Below, in pieces: positions 36,338 to 48,458 of a stretch of DNA of 64,000 nucleotides (its first letter is position 1; each line of letters opens with the position of its first letter). The notes beneath the pieces were generated by a model. That model saw only the letters and a list, made by a program, of their open reading frames with translations. It was not told where the DNA came from and did no database searches. A program made the position numbers and the translations under genes. Source of the DNA: Mobula hypostoma (taxonomy: Eukaryota); the NCBI RefSeq assembly GCF_963921235.1, contig NC_086108.1:92506001-92570000 (forward strand), given 5' to 3'.

Positions 36338-37309
36338 CACAAGTTATTTAAAGCGGAAATTTAACAAAGTCAAATAAATGCCTTAAGGGCAAGACATGTC
36401 TTTTAAACATCAATATTTTACTTGCCTCTACTACTTCCTCTTGCAGTTCATACAATATATCCAACATGCTCTGTGTGGAAAAGTTGTCTCACAGAACCCT
36501 TTTTAAAACTTTAAAAATTCTAATACTATATTCCCTATCCTGGGAAGAAGTCTGTGACCATTCACCTTATTTATGCCTCCTGTGATTTTATGTACTTAGC
36601 TAAAGTGACCCATTAGTTTCTTACACTTTAGGGGGAAAGCCCCGGCCTATTCAGCTTCTGCTTATAACTCTAGCCCTTCTGTTCCAGCATCTTTGTTGTG
36701 AATCCTTTCTGCACTCTTTTCCAGAATGATGACATCTTTCCTATAGCACACAATTAATGCTGGAGGAACTCAACCAGTCATCAACAGAGGAGAATAAGCA
36801 GTCGATGTTTCTGGGACATTCTAGTTCTAATGAAGGGTCCCCGCCCAAAATGTTGACTGTTTATTCATTTCCATAGGTGGTGCCTGACTTGCTGAAGTCA
36901 GCATTTTGTGTATGTTGCTCTAGATTTTCAACATCTGCAGAATCTTGCCGGCGGCCAAACATTCGAATTCCGATTCCCATTCCCGGTTCGACATGTCGGT
37001 CCGTGGCCTCCTGTTGTCCCAAGATGATGCCACCCTCAGGGTGGAGGAGCAACACCTTGTATTCTGTCAGTCTACCCTCCAACTTGATGGTTTGAATATC
37101 AATTTCTCCTTCTGGTTAGAAAAAAAATTCCCTCCCTCCTCCTCCTATTCCCCATTCTGGCCTCTGATCTCTTCTCATCTGCCTCAGGTCCCCCTCTCCT
37201 CACTTTCTTTTCACTCATGGTTCACTCTTCTCCCCCATCAGATTCCTTCTTCTCCAGCCCTTTATCTTCTCTACCCACCTGGCTTCCACTTGGCAACTTC
37301 ACTTGAATT

Positions 37310-38280
37310 GAAATGACTTTATTTCTTACATCCTTCACATACATGAGAAATAAAAATCTTTACGTTATGTTTCCATCTAAATGTGCAATGTGCAATCATA
37401 GTAATTTATAATAATTTATAATAAATGGAACAGTCAATGTAATATAGAGTACATTCAAGTCAGCGTGAGTTCACCAGTCTGACGGCCTGGTGGAAGAAGC
37501 TGTCCCAGAGCCTGCTGGTCCTGGCTTTTATGCTGCAGTACTGCTTCCCAGATGGTAGCAGCTGGAATAGATTGTGGTTGGGATGGCTTGGGTCCCCAGT
37601 GATCCTCTGAGCCCTTTTTACACACCTGACTTGTAAGTATCCTGAATCATGGGAAGTTGACAACTACAGATGTGCTGGGTTGTCTGCACCACTCTCTGTA
37701 GAGTCCTGCGATTAAGGGAGGTACAGTTCCCATACCAGGCAGTGATGCAGCCAGTCAGGATGCTCTCAGTTGTGCCCCTGTAGAAAGTTCTTAGGATTTG
37801 GGGGCCCATACCAAACTTCCTCAACCGTCTGAGGTGGAAGAGGCGCTGTTGTGCCTTTTTCACCACAGCTGGTGTATACAGACCACGCGAGGTCCTTGGT
37901 GATGTGGATGCTGAGGAACTTGAAGCTGTTTACCCTCTCAACCCCAGATCCATTGATGTCAATAGGGGTTAGCCCATCTCCATTCCTCCTGTATTCCACA
38001 ACCAGCTCCTTTGTTTTTGTAACATTCAGGTTGTTTTCTTGACATCACTGTGTCAGAGAGATGACTTCTTCCCTGTAGGCCACCTTGTTATTGTTTGAGA
38101 TAAAGCCAATCAATGTAGTGTCGTTGGCAAATTTAATTAGCAGATTGGAGCTGTGGGTGGCGATACAGTCATGGGTGTATAGGGAGTAATGGAGGTGACT
38201 CAGTACGCAGCCCTAAGGGGCTCCTGTATTGAGAGTCAGAGGGTTGGAGGTGAGGGAGCCCACTCTTACAACCTGCTGGC
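37310..38280 (-). mobile_element. Rex1/Babar LINE 3' part
   Basis: VERVNSFKFL, VKKAQQRLFHLRRLRKF, ESILTGCITAWYGNC, DPSHPNHNLFQLLPSG. Same family as 51840-52335(+) and 63550-64000(-). Confidence 0.92.
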
Positions 38281-40170
38281 TGTCCTCCTTCCTCCCCCTT
38301 CTTCCCCTCCCCCGACCTTTTTATTCTGGTGTCTTCCCCTTTTCTAGTCCTGAAGAAGGGTCTCAGCCCAAAATGCTGACTGTTTACTCTTTTCCATAGA
38401 TCGTGCCTAACCTGCTGAGTTCTTCCAGCATCTTGTGTGTGTTAGAATCAGAATCAGGTTTATTATCACTGGCATGTGACATGAAATTTGTTAACTTAGC
38501 AGTAGCGGTTCAATGCAATGCATAATCTGGCTGAGAAAGAAATAATAAATAAAGTAAAAATAATAATAAATAAAACAAGTAAATCAATTAATTATTGAAT
38601 AGATTTTTTAAAAATGTGCAAAAACAGAAATACTGTATATTTTTGTAAAAAGTGAGTTAGTGGCCAAAGATTCAATGTCCATTTAGGAATTGGATGGCAG
38701 AGGGGAAGAAGCTGTTCCTGAATCACTGAGTGTGTGCCTTCAGGCTTCTGTACGTCCTTCCTGATGTGTAACAATGAGAAAAGGGCATGCCCTGGGTGCT
38801 GGAGGTCCTTAATAATGGACGCTGCCTTTCTGAGACACTGCTCCCTAAAGATGTTCTGGATACTTTGTAGGCTAGTACCCAAGATGGAGCTGACTAGATT
38901 TACAACCTTCTGCAGCTTCTTTCAGTCCTGTGCAGTAGCCCCTCCATACCAGACAGTGATTCAGCCTGTCAGAATGCTCTCCACAGTACAACTATAGAAG
39001 TTTTTTGAGTGTATTTGTTGACATGCCAAATCTCTTCAAACTCCTAATAAAGTATAGCAGCTGTCTTGCCTTCTTTATAACTACATTGATATGTTGGGAC
39101 CAGGTTAGATCCTCAGAGATCTTGACACCCAGGAACTTGAAGCTGCTCACTCTCTCCACTTCTGATCCCTCTATGAGGACTGGTATGTGTTCCTTCGTCT
39201 TACCCTTCCTGAAGCCCACAATCAGCTCTTTCAGCTTACTGACATTGAGTGGTAGGTTGATGCTGCACAACTTAACTAGTTGGAATATCTCACTCCTGTA
39301 CACCCTCTTGTCACCACCTGAGATTCTACCAACAATGGTTGTATTGTCAGCAAGGTTAAAGATGGTATTTGAGCTATGCCTAGCCGCAGAGTCACGTGTA
39401 TATAGAGAGTAGAGCAGTGGGCTAAATACACACCCCTGAGGTGCGCCAGTGTCGATCGTCAACAAAGAGGACATGTTATCACAAATCTGCACAGATTGTG
39501 ATCCACCAGTTAGGAAGTCGAGGATCCAATTGCAGAGGGAGGTACAGAGGCCCAGGTTCTGCAACTTCTCAATCAGGATTGTGGGAATGATGGTATTAAA
39601 TACAGAGCTATAGTTGATAAACAGCATCCTGACATAGGTGTTTGTGTTGTCCAGGTGGTCTACGTGTTGAGAGCCATTGAGATTGCACCTGCCGTTGACC
39701 TGTTGTGGTGATAGGCAAATTGCAATGGGTCCAGGTCCTTGCTGAGGCAGGAGTTCAGTCTAGTCATGACCAACCTCTCAAAGTATTTTATCACTGTCGA
39801 TGTGAGTGCTACCAAGCAATAGTCATTAAGGCAGCTCATATTATTCTTCTTAGGCACTGGTATAATTGTTGCCTTTTTGAAGCAAGTGGGATCTTCCGTC
39901 CATTGCAGTGAGAGGTTGAAAATGAACTTAAATACTCCCGCTAGTTGGTTGGCACAGGTTTTCAGAGCCTTACCGGGTACTCCATCGGGACCTTCCGCCT
40001 TGCGAGGGTTCACTCTCTTTAAAGACAGCCTAACATCGGGCTCTGAGACGGAGATCACAGGGTCATCAGGCGCAGCAGGGATCTTCACAGCTATAGTTAT
40101 AGTCTCCCTTTCAAGCGGGCATAGAAGGCGTTGTGTTCATCTGGTAGTGAAGTATCGCTGCCATTCATGC

Positions 40171-41082
40171 AACACTCACAACACGCTGGAGGAACTCAGC
40201 AGATCGGGCAGCATCCGTGGAAACGATCAGTCAACGTTTTGGGGCAGAACCCTTCGTCAGGACTGAAGAGGGAAGGGGCAGAGGCCCTATAAAGAAGGTG
40301 GGGGGAGGATGGGAAGGAGAAGGCTGGTAGGTTCCAGGTGAAAAACCAGTAAGGGGAAAGATCAAGGGGTGGGGGAGGGGATAGGCAGGAAAGGTGAAGA
40401 AGGAATAGGGGAAAACACAATGGGTAGTAGAAGGAGGCGGAACCATGAGGGAGGTGATAGACAGCTGGGGGAGGGGGCAGAGTGAAATAGGGATAGAGGA
40501 AGGGAGGGGGAGGGAATTACTGGAAGTTGGAGAATTCAGTGTTCATGGCCAGGGGCTGGAGACTACCTAGACGGTATATGAGGTGTTGCTCCTCCAACCT
40601 GAGTTTAGCCTCATCATGGCAGTAGAGGAGGCCATGTATGGACGTATCCAAATGGGAAGCAGAGTTGAAGTGGGTGGCTACTGGGAGATCCTGTCTGTTG
40701 TGGCGGACGGAGCAGAGGTGCTCGACGAAGCGGTCCCCCAATCTGCGTCGGGTTTCCCTCATGGTTCTGCGTCCTTCTACTACCCATTGTGTGTTCCCCT
40801 ATTCCTTCTTCACCTTTCCTGCCTATCACCTCCCTGCCTCCCCTCCCCCACCCCTTTATCTTTCCCCTTACTGGTTTTTCACCTGGAACCTACCAGCCTT
40901 CTCCTTCCCACCCTCCCCCCACCTTCTTTATAGGGCCTCTGCCCCTTCCCTCTTCAGTCCTGACGAAGGGTTCCAGCCCGAAACGTTGACTGATCATTTC
41001 TGCGGATGCTGCCCAACCTGCTGAGTTCCTCCAGCGTGTTGTGAGTGTTGCTTTGACCCCAGCATCTGCAGAGTATTTTGTG
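40171..41082. mobile_element. Penelope insert with inverted terminal repeat
   Basis: 14-bp TSD GCTGCCATTCATGC (40157-40170, 41083-41096). GIY-YIG end on the minus strand (40517-40755). Arms ~40169-40451 and ~40756-41051 are reverse complements. Confidence 0.92.
40954..40993 (+). ncRNA. Minimal type I hammerhead ribozyme motif
   Basis: UCAGUC-CUGACGA-A-GGGUU(CC)AGCCC-GAAAC-GUU^GACUGA, with a 6-bp helix I. Confidence 0.75.
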
Positions 41083-41376
41083 GCTGCCATTCATGCTATT
41101 GGGTTTTGCTTTGCAGGAAGTGATCTTCAGCATCTGCAGACTTTCTTGTGTTTTTGATCTGCAGAATCTGTTGTTGTCTATTTAATATTTGAGTAATATT
41201 GTAAATATGTTGTTTGATTAAGCATTCTTTGTTTTTTACATAATATATTGTGAGTTATATGTAGAAGTATGTAAATAGCATATATTATCATGCCACCACG
41301 TGCTATACGTGTGTGTCTCACTTAAAAACACTTAAAAACAAAGTACGCATCTTCTAGTTCCTTATTTTGCCTTTAT

Positions 41377-41652
41377 TTATTTATTGAGATATGAATAGGC
41401 CCTTCTGCCCTTCAAGCCGTGAAACCCCTGATTTAACCCTAGCATAATCACAGGAAATTTACAATCACCAATTAACCTACAAACTGGTAAGTCTTTGGAC
41501 TGTGGGATGAAACTGGAGCACCTGGAGAGGAATTGAATAAATGCACGGTGTCGGGGAGAGCGTACAGACTCTCTACAGGCAGAGGTGGGAATTGAACCCG
41601 TGTCTCCTGTACTGTAAAGCTTTTTGCTAACCACCACACGACTGTGCTGCCC
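41377..41652 (-). mobile_element. HE1-like SINE
   Basis: Minus-strand head GGGCAGCACAGTCGTGTGGTGGTTAGC...GGGTTCAATTCCC; core and tail as in 27104-27395. Confidence 0.8.
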
Positions 41653-41679
41653 TCTTTTAGTTTTAATGTTTTGGAGTGA

Positions 41680-42097
41680 CAAAACCTGCTGCATCCGTAA
41701 AGCAAACAGCATTATGAAGGACCCCACACACTCCTCATATAAACTCTTCTCCCTCCTGCCATCTGGAAAAAGGCACCAAAGCTTTCGGGCTCTCACGACC
41801 AGACTATGGAACAGTTTCTTCCCCCAAGTCATCAGACTCCTCAATACCCAGAGCCTGGACTGACACCAACCTACTGCCCTCTGCTGTGCCCATTGTCTTG
41901 TTTATTATTTATTATAGTGCCTGCTCTGTTCTGTGCACTTTATGCAGTCCTGGATAGGTCTGTAGTCTAGTGTAGATTTTGTGTTTTTTCTTACATAGTT
42001 CAGTGTAGTTTTTGTATTGTTTCATGTAGCACCATGGACCTGGAAAACCAGCAGTTATGGTTGAAATGACAATAAAAGGTGACTTGACTTGACTTGA
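41680..42097 (+). mobile_element. 5'-truncated Rex1/Babar LINE abutting the ALG14 exon 2 acceptor
   Basis: KTCCIRKANSIMKDPTHSSYKLFSLLPSGKR...NSFFPQVIRLLN, 3' AAATGACAATAAAA plus (GACTT)n tail. Confidence 0.88.
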
Positions 42098-42114
42098 TGA
42101 TACTTGTCTTGCAG

Positions 42115-42266
42115 GGGGACATACCACAGAGATTCTCAGGCTTGTGGGCAGCCTCTCTGCCTCATACAGCCCCAGGCATTACGTCATTGCTGAAACAGAC
42201 AGGATGAGTGAAGACAAGGTCCGCACACTTGAGGCTGCCAGAGCTGAAGAAGGTCCTGAACCTCAG
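42115..42266 (+). CDS. ALG14: ALG14 coding exon 2 (152 nt)
   Basis: Acceptor cttgtcttgcAG. Translates (G)GHTTEILRLVGSLSASYSPRHYVIAETDRMSEDKVRTLEAARAEEGPEPQ. Donor CAG|GTAGGT; phase 1 in, phase 0 out. Not in the ORF track because it lacks a start codon. Confidence 0.95.
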
Positions 42267-42558
42267 GTAGGTGTTAGCATGGGCTTGGAACTGTGACCCA
42301 AGAGCAGTGTCTCCCTTTGTGCCTGATGTGTGCAGAGGGATTGCTAGCTCGACTAAGTGCGGTGGTGATGAACACAAGAAATTCTGCAGAAGCTGGAAAT
42401 CCAGAGTAACACACACAGCAAGATGGAGGAACTCAGCAGGTCAGGTAGCATAAACAGTCTGAGACCCTTCATCGAAAGCAAGAGGGAAGAAGCTAGAATA
42501 AGCAGGTGGGGTGGGATGAGGAGAAGGAGTGCAACCTATAAGGTGATAGGTGAAGCCA

Positions 42559-43854
42559 AACAACAGGAATTCTGCAGATGCTGGAAATTCAAGCAACACA
42601 CATAAAAGTTGCTGGTGAACGCAGCAGGCCAGGCAGCATCTGTAGGAAGAGGTGCAGTCGACATTTCAGGCCGAGACCCTTCGTCAGGACTAACTGAAGG
42701 AAGAGTGAGTAAGGGATTTGAAAGTTGGAGGGGGAGGGGGAGATCCAAAATGATAGGAGAAGACAGGAGGGGCAGGGATGGAGCCAAGAGCTGGACAGGT
42801 GATAGGCAAAAGGGATACGAGAGGATCATGGGACAGGAGGCCCAGGAAGAAAGACGGGGGGGAGGGGGGAGGACCCAGAGGATGGGCAAGGGGTATATTC
42901 AGAGGGACAGAGGGAGAAAAAGGAGAGTGAGAGAAAGAATGTGTGTATAAAAATAAGTAACAGATGGGGTACGAGGGGGAGGTGGGGCATTAGCGGAAGT
43001 TAGAGAAGTCGATGTTCATGCCATCAGGTTGGAGGCTACCCAGACGGAATATAAGGTGTTGTTCCTCCAACCTGAGTGTGGCTTCATCTTTACAGTAGAG
43101 GAGGCCGTGGATAGACATGTCAGAATGGGAATGGGATGTGGAATTAAAATGTGTGGCCACTGGGAGATCCTGCTTTCTCTGGTGGACAGAGCGTAGATGT
43201 TCAGCAAAGCGGTCTCCCAGTCTGCGTCGGGTCTCGCCAATATATAAAGGGCCACATCAGGAGCACCAGACGCAGTATATCATTCCAGCCGACTCACAGG
43301 TGAAGTGTTGCCTCACCTGGAAGGACTGTTTGGGGCCCTGAATGGTGGTAAGAGAGGAAGTGTAAGGGCATGTGTAGCACTTGTTCCGCTTACACGGATA
43401 AGTGCCAGGAGGGAGATCAGTGGGGAGGGATGAGGGGGACGAATGGACAAGGGAGTTGCGTAGGGAGTGATCCCTGCGGAAAGCAGAGGAGGGGGGAGGG
43501 AAAGATGTGCTTAGTGGTGGGATCCCGTTGGAGGTGGCGGAGGTTACGGAGAATAATATGTTGGACCCGGAGGCTGTTGGGGTGGTAGGTGAGGACCAGG
43601 GGAACCCTATTCCTAGTGGGGTGGTGGGAGGATGGAGTGAGAGCAGATGTACGTGAAATGGGGGAGATGCGTTTAAGAGCAGAGTTGATAGTGGAGGAAG
43701 GGAAGCCCCTTTCTTTAAAAAAGGAAGACATCTCCCTCGTCCTAGAATGAAAAGCCTCATCCTGAGAACAGATGCGCCGGAGACGGAGGAATTGCGAGAA
43801 GGGGATGGCGTTTTTGCAAGAGACAGGGTGAGAAGAGGAATAGTCCAGATAGCT
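42559..43854 (-). mobile_element. Young 5'-truncated Penelope-like element
   Basis: Near-identical to 9033-10294 (RT thumb, GIY-YIG, terminal repeat). Inserted in an older Penelope-derived tract. Confidence 0.92.
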
Positions 43855-45104
43855 GGGGATAAAGTAAGAACCTGGAGGTGATAGGTGGGAAAGGGGTGAA
43901 GGAGAAAGAATCTAATAGGGGAGGAGATTGGACTATGGGATAAAGGGCAGGAGAGGCAAAACACATTACCAGCAGCACACAGCACATAGCACAAATAGCA
44001 TATATGGTTACGATTTCAGGAAAAAAAATGGTCACAAAGAGAAAAAAAATAATAATATAGCCCAAGTCCCTGTTTGGCATGACTAGATTGATGGCAAGCT
44101 ATCGTGGTCCAGCTTGTTCTTCCACCAAGGGAAGACTAGAAAGCAGCACCACCTCGGCAACTCCTCCCCTGGGCGATTGCCACAGGCGACCCTGCACTCT
44201 CGACCTAGGCCTAATCCTCAACACAACCGATACAAAACAGCTCGCCTGCTGTCAGTGTGGCCAATGAACCAGCAAACCGGACTTGCAGTTTCCTATGTTA
44301 CCAATGTCCAAGGGGGTCTTGCGATCAGGAAAACGTCCAAGACAATCACTTGGCACAATTGTACACTATAAGTCCAAGTGACAGCACAACTGTAGGCAAT
44401 AAGTCCAGCTCGATCAGTGTCAAGCAACTTGCTGATGGGATAGTCCTGCAGACCTTGATATTCTTAGCATCCAGCAGAGACGTGATCGTAAAAAGGTCAT
44501 ACAAGGCGAAAGAGGTGAAAGGCAGATGAGGGGGAAGGAAGAGGGAAGGGCGGTCCCAGAACTTTTCCCCTCCCCTGCCCTCCTCTTCCATTCCCCATTC
44601 TGACTCCCTCCTTACTGCTTCCCTACCCCCCCCCCACCACCACCTGCTTCCTCTAGCTTCTTTCTTCCCCTTCCTTTCCAGTCCTAATGAAGGGCTTCAG
44701 TCTGAAACGTGGGGTGTAGTAGTGTTGTTGTCTGATGTGCATTGTAAGTGCGTGCCCAGCAGAGGTCGCCCGTTAGCAATCAGTGGTGAGAACGCCAAAG
44801 GCGATTGTAGCCAAGATGAGATAACTTCCAGTGAAATGGAAATGGAGCAGGCCCAGATCCTGCACTTCCTTTTGAAGCAGCTGCTTTTGCTGAAACGTAT
44901 ATAGCCCGGTGAGAAATTAGGATAATAAGGTAAAGGAACAGGCTCTTGGGCCCATCTCTGTGCCAGCAATGATGCCAAATTAAACTGATCTCAGGTAACT
45001 CCATGATCTACATTCCCTCTATGATCATGTGACTGAATGCTTCTTTAAAAGTTGGGCAGCATTTGAGGAGAGGAACACAGAGTTGGTGCTACAGTGCAGG
45101 ATAT

Positions 45105-45344
45105 AGAAACATAGAAAATAGGTGCAGGAATAGGCCATTCAGCCTTCGAGCCTGCACCGCCATTCAGTATGATCATGGCTGATCATCCAACTCAGAACTC
45201 TGTACCAGCCTTCCCTCCATACCCCCTGATCCCTTTAGCCACAAGGGCCATATCTAACTCCCTCTTAAATATAGCCAATGAACTGGCCTCAACTGTTTCC
45301 TGTGGCAGAGAATTCCACAGATCCACCACTCTCTGTGTGAAGAA
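45105..45344 (-). mobile_element. Young CR1 3' end
   Basis: Near-identical to ~10880-11116, including the CTATGTTT tail. Confidence 0.9.
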
Positions 45345-45989
45345 CTGATTTACTTTCTACTTAGAAGTTTGGGAAAATTTGGCATGTCACCCAAACCTTA
45401 AACAAACACAGTAGGGTATCCTAACTGGCTGCATCATGGCCTGGTGTGGAAACACGAATACACAGGAATGGAATAGGCTGCTGCCCAGTCCATCACAGGC
45501 AAAGAAATAGAGATCTATTACACTCCACATGAGGGCAGCATTAAAAACACTCAAGCACAACACAGTACCTCTGATAATGCAGCACTCCTTTAGCTCTGCA
45601 TAGGAGCTGTTACTCAAGCCTCTGAACCAGGACTTGAACCAGCAACTTCTACCTTTGATGCAAGAGGTCTGCCCACTGAGCCACAGCTTTAGAGAAACAA
45701 GAAGCAAATAGACAAAGCAGCTGGATGCCTTGATAATAGGGCAATCAGAAAAGTTTGGTCACAAATGAAGCTGATGCAGGTTGAAAAACAAGATATTGCT
45801 GAAGTTTGAACTTACTGAGTGGAGTGATTAGCTGCCTGAGATTTTAGAATGTGCACCCAAATCAAAATGATGAAGATGCTGATTACCTTAAAGAAGCTTC
45901 TCCCCCTCTGCCATCAGATTTCTGAATAGTCCATGAACATTGCTTTACTATTTTGCTCTTTTTTTTGCACTACTTGTTTTTATATACTG

Positions 45990-46461
45990 TCAGTGGCCAC
46001 TTTATTAGGTACACCTATACCATTAATGCCAGTATCAAATAAACCAAGCATGTGGCAGCAATTCAATGCATAAAAGCATGCCGTCATTCAGTTGTTGTTC
46101 AGACCAAACATCAGAATGGGGAACAAATTTGATCTAAGTGACTTTGACCTTGGAATGACGGTTGGTGCCAGACAGGGTATCTCCGAAACTGCTGATCTCT
46201 GGGGATTTTCTCACACACGCAACAGTCCCGAGAGTTTACAGGGAATGGTGCGAAAAACAAAAAAATCCAGTGAGCAGCAGTTCTGTGGGTGAAAATGCGT
46301 TGCTGTGAGAGAGGTGAGAGGAGCATGGTTGGACAGGTTCAAGCTGACAGGCGGGCGGGCGACAGTAACTCTAACCAAGTGTTGGAACAGAAGTGGATGG
46401 GCTACAGCAGCAGAAAACGACACTGGGTTCCACTCCAGTACCGAATGAAATAGCCACTGAG
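45990..46461 (+). mobile_element. Internally deleted Tc1-like element
   Basis: TIRs CAGTGGCCACTTTATTAGGTAC...GTACCGAATGAAATAGCCACTG. Transposase N-terminus MGNKFDLSDFDLGMTVGAR. Related copies at 52408-52905, 57234-57592 and ~59165-59425. Confidence 0.8.
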
Positions 46462-47464
46462 CAGATATTCTTATTGTAATTGATAGAGTTTTTTTAATGT
46501 CTTGCATTGTTCTACTGCCACAAAGCAACATTAGTGATAATAAACCTGATTCTGAGATGCCTGTCTTATGCTGTCACGTGATCTTGCTGAACATAGGGTT
46601 AGCTATTTCACCTCCCTCCCATAGAACAATGCAATTAATGGGTTGAAAGTTCTCTGCTACATCTCCAAGCCACAACTGCTTGTATGCAAATGTTTTCTTC
46701 TTCGTCAGCAAATTAAGGGGAAAATGCTGAAATTTAATGCAAAATTTCTTTGTGCATGTAGAGAAAGCATTTATGGGGGGAGAAAAAGCGAAAGATCAGT
46801 CGTGCACTTCACTAGAGCGACGACAACTGATTTGAATCCAAAAGCTACATGCTTAAGGCTGTTAAAGTCTGATTTAAAAATTACAAAGAATGGAGGGAAG
46901 TCCACAGGTTGCAATGTAATTGCTTACCTGAGCTACTCCCACCACTCCAAAATGTCCCAAGCGCAACCACCAAGAAGAACAAGGGTGGTAGGTGCGCGGG
47001 AACACTGCTTACCCGTTGCCTCACCACCGAGTCGCACACTATTCAAGTTGGAAGTTTATTACCAATCCCCCCTCCTCAGTGGGTCTAAAACCTGGAACTC
47101 CCTCCCAGTTGCATTGGGCAGACTCATTCAATAGAAGTATTGCAGTATTTCCAGATGGCAACTCTCCACTGCCTAGTCAACAAAATGGTGTTTGCTCTGA
47201 TCTCCCCTTTAGCACTCCCGGTCAAAAAAAAACTGCAGGAAGTTAGAAAAATAATTCCAGGATTTGGATCGAGGCAGAAACTGTCCAAAAATGTTCAGGA
47301 GACATGTAGTACGGCTGGCGTCATGTTCGATTAACGTTCGCAATGTCCGCAGTTCGATCCTGGGCAGTAACGTAATTTAGAGGTGGCACAGGAGCGTAAC
47401 GGTTAATGTAACAATATTACAGCAACAGTGAGCTTGAGGTGGAACCAGTGTATTTGAGTGAGTG

Positions 47465-47972
47465 CAAACATGAGGAATTCTGCAGATGCTGGAAATTCAA
47501 GCAACACACATCAAAGTTGCTGGTGAACGCAGCAGGCCAGACAGCATCTCTAGAAAGAGGTACAGTTGACGTTTTGGGCCGAGACCCTTCGTCAGGACTA
47601 ACTGAAAGAAGAGCTAGTAAGAGATTTGAAAGGGGGAGAGGGAGGGGGAGATCCAAAATGATAGGAGAAGACAGGAGGGGGAGGGATGGAGCTAAGAGCT
47701 GGACAGTTGATTGACAAAAGGGATATGAGAGAATCATGGGACAGGAGGGCCTCCAACCTGATGGCATGAACATTGACTTCTCAAACTTCTGCTAATGCCC
47801 CACCTCCCCCTTGTACCCCATCCGTTATTTATTTATATACACACATTCTTTTTCTCTCTCTCTTTCTCCCTCTGTCCCTCTCACTATACCGCTTGCCCAT
47901 CCTCTGGGTTTTCCCCCAACTCCCCCTTTTCTTTCTCCCTGGGCCTCCTGTCCCATGATCCTCTCATATCCC
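47465..47972. mobile_element. Penelope terminal fragment with internal inversion
   Basis: Minus-strand terminal repeat 47465-47750 switches to the plus-strand ORF end (LQPDGMNIDFSNF) at ~47750. Short inverted arms at ~47720-47750 and ~47942-47972. Confidence 0.8.
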
Positions 47973-48077
47973 TATAAAGTACTATGAGATTGGCTGAGAG
48001 AGTCATAGGGGTCTCCCTACGGTCCATCGTTAACATTTATCAGGAGTGCTGCATCTGGAGGGGCTCTTAATATTATT

Positions 48078-48458
48078 AAGACCATAAGACACAGGAGCAG
48101 AATTAGGCCATCTGGCCCATCGAGTCTGCTCCGCCATTCAATCATGGCTGATATTTTTTTTTTCCTCTCCTCCTCAACCCCAGTTTCCGGCCTTCTCCCC
48201 GTAACCTTTGATGCCATGTCCAATCAAGAACCTATCGATCTCTGCCTTAAATACACCCAATGACCTGACCTCCACAGCTGCATGTGGCAACAAATTCCAC
48301 AAAATCACCACCCTTTGGCTGAAGAAATTTCTCCACATCTCTGTTTTGAAAGGGCGCCCCTCTATCCTGAGGCTGTGCCCCCTAGTGCTAGATTCTCCCA
48401 CCATGGGAAGGCATCCTTTCCACATCTACTCTGTCTAGGCCCTTCAACATTCGAAAGG
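48078..48458 (-). mobile_element. CR1 3' end
   Basis: TRGHSLRIEGRPFKTEMWRNFFSQRVVILWN. Confidence 0.88.

Larger units (their letters stand above)
38445..41120 (-). mobile_element. Rex1/Babar LINE (RT region), with nested Penelope insert
   Basis: [49 protein letters not shown], (TCTGAT)n tail. Resumes after the insert at 41097. Confidence 0.92.

Noticed and set aside
46573..46582. GTCACGTGAT E-box/CLEAR-like site
   Set aside because: Isolated short motif deep in an intron; expected by chance in 64 kb.
46643..47134. 163-aa ORF
   Set aside because: TTG start and no recognisable domain; the 3' part resembles a decayed LINE end (KTWNSLP).
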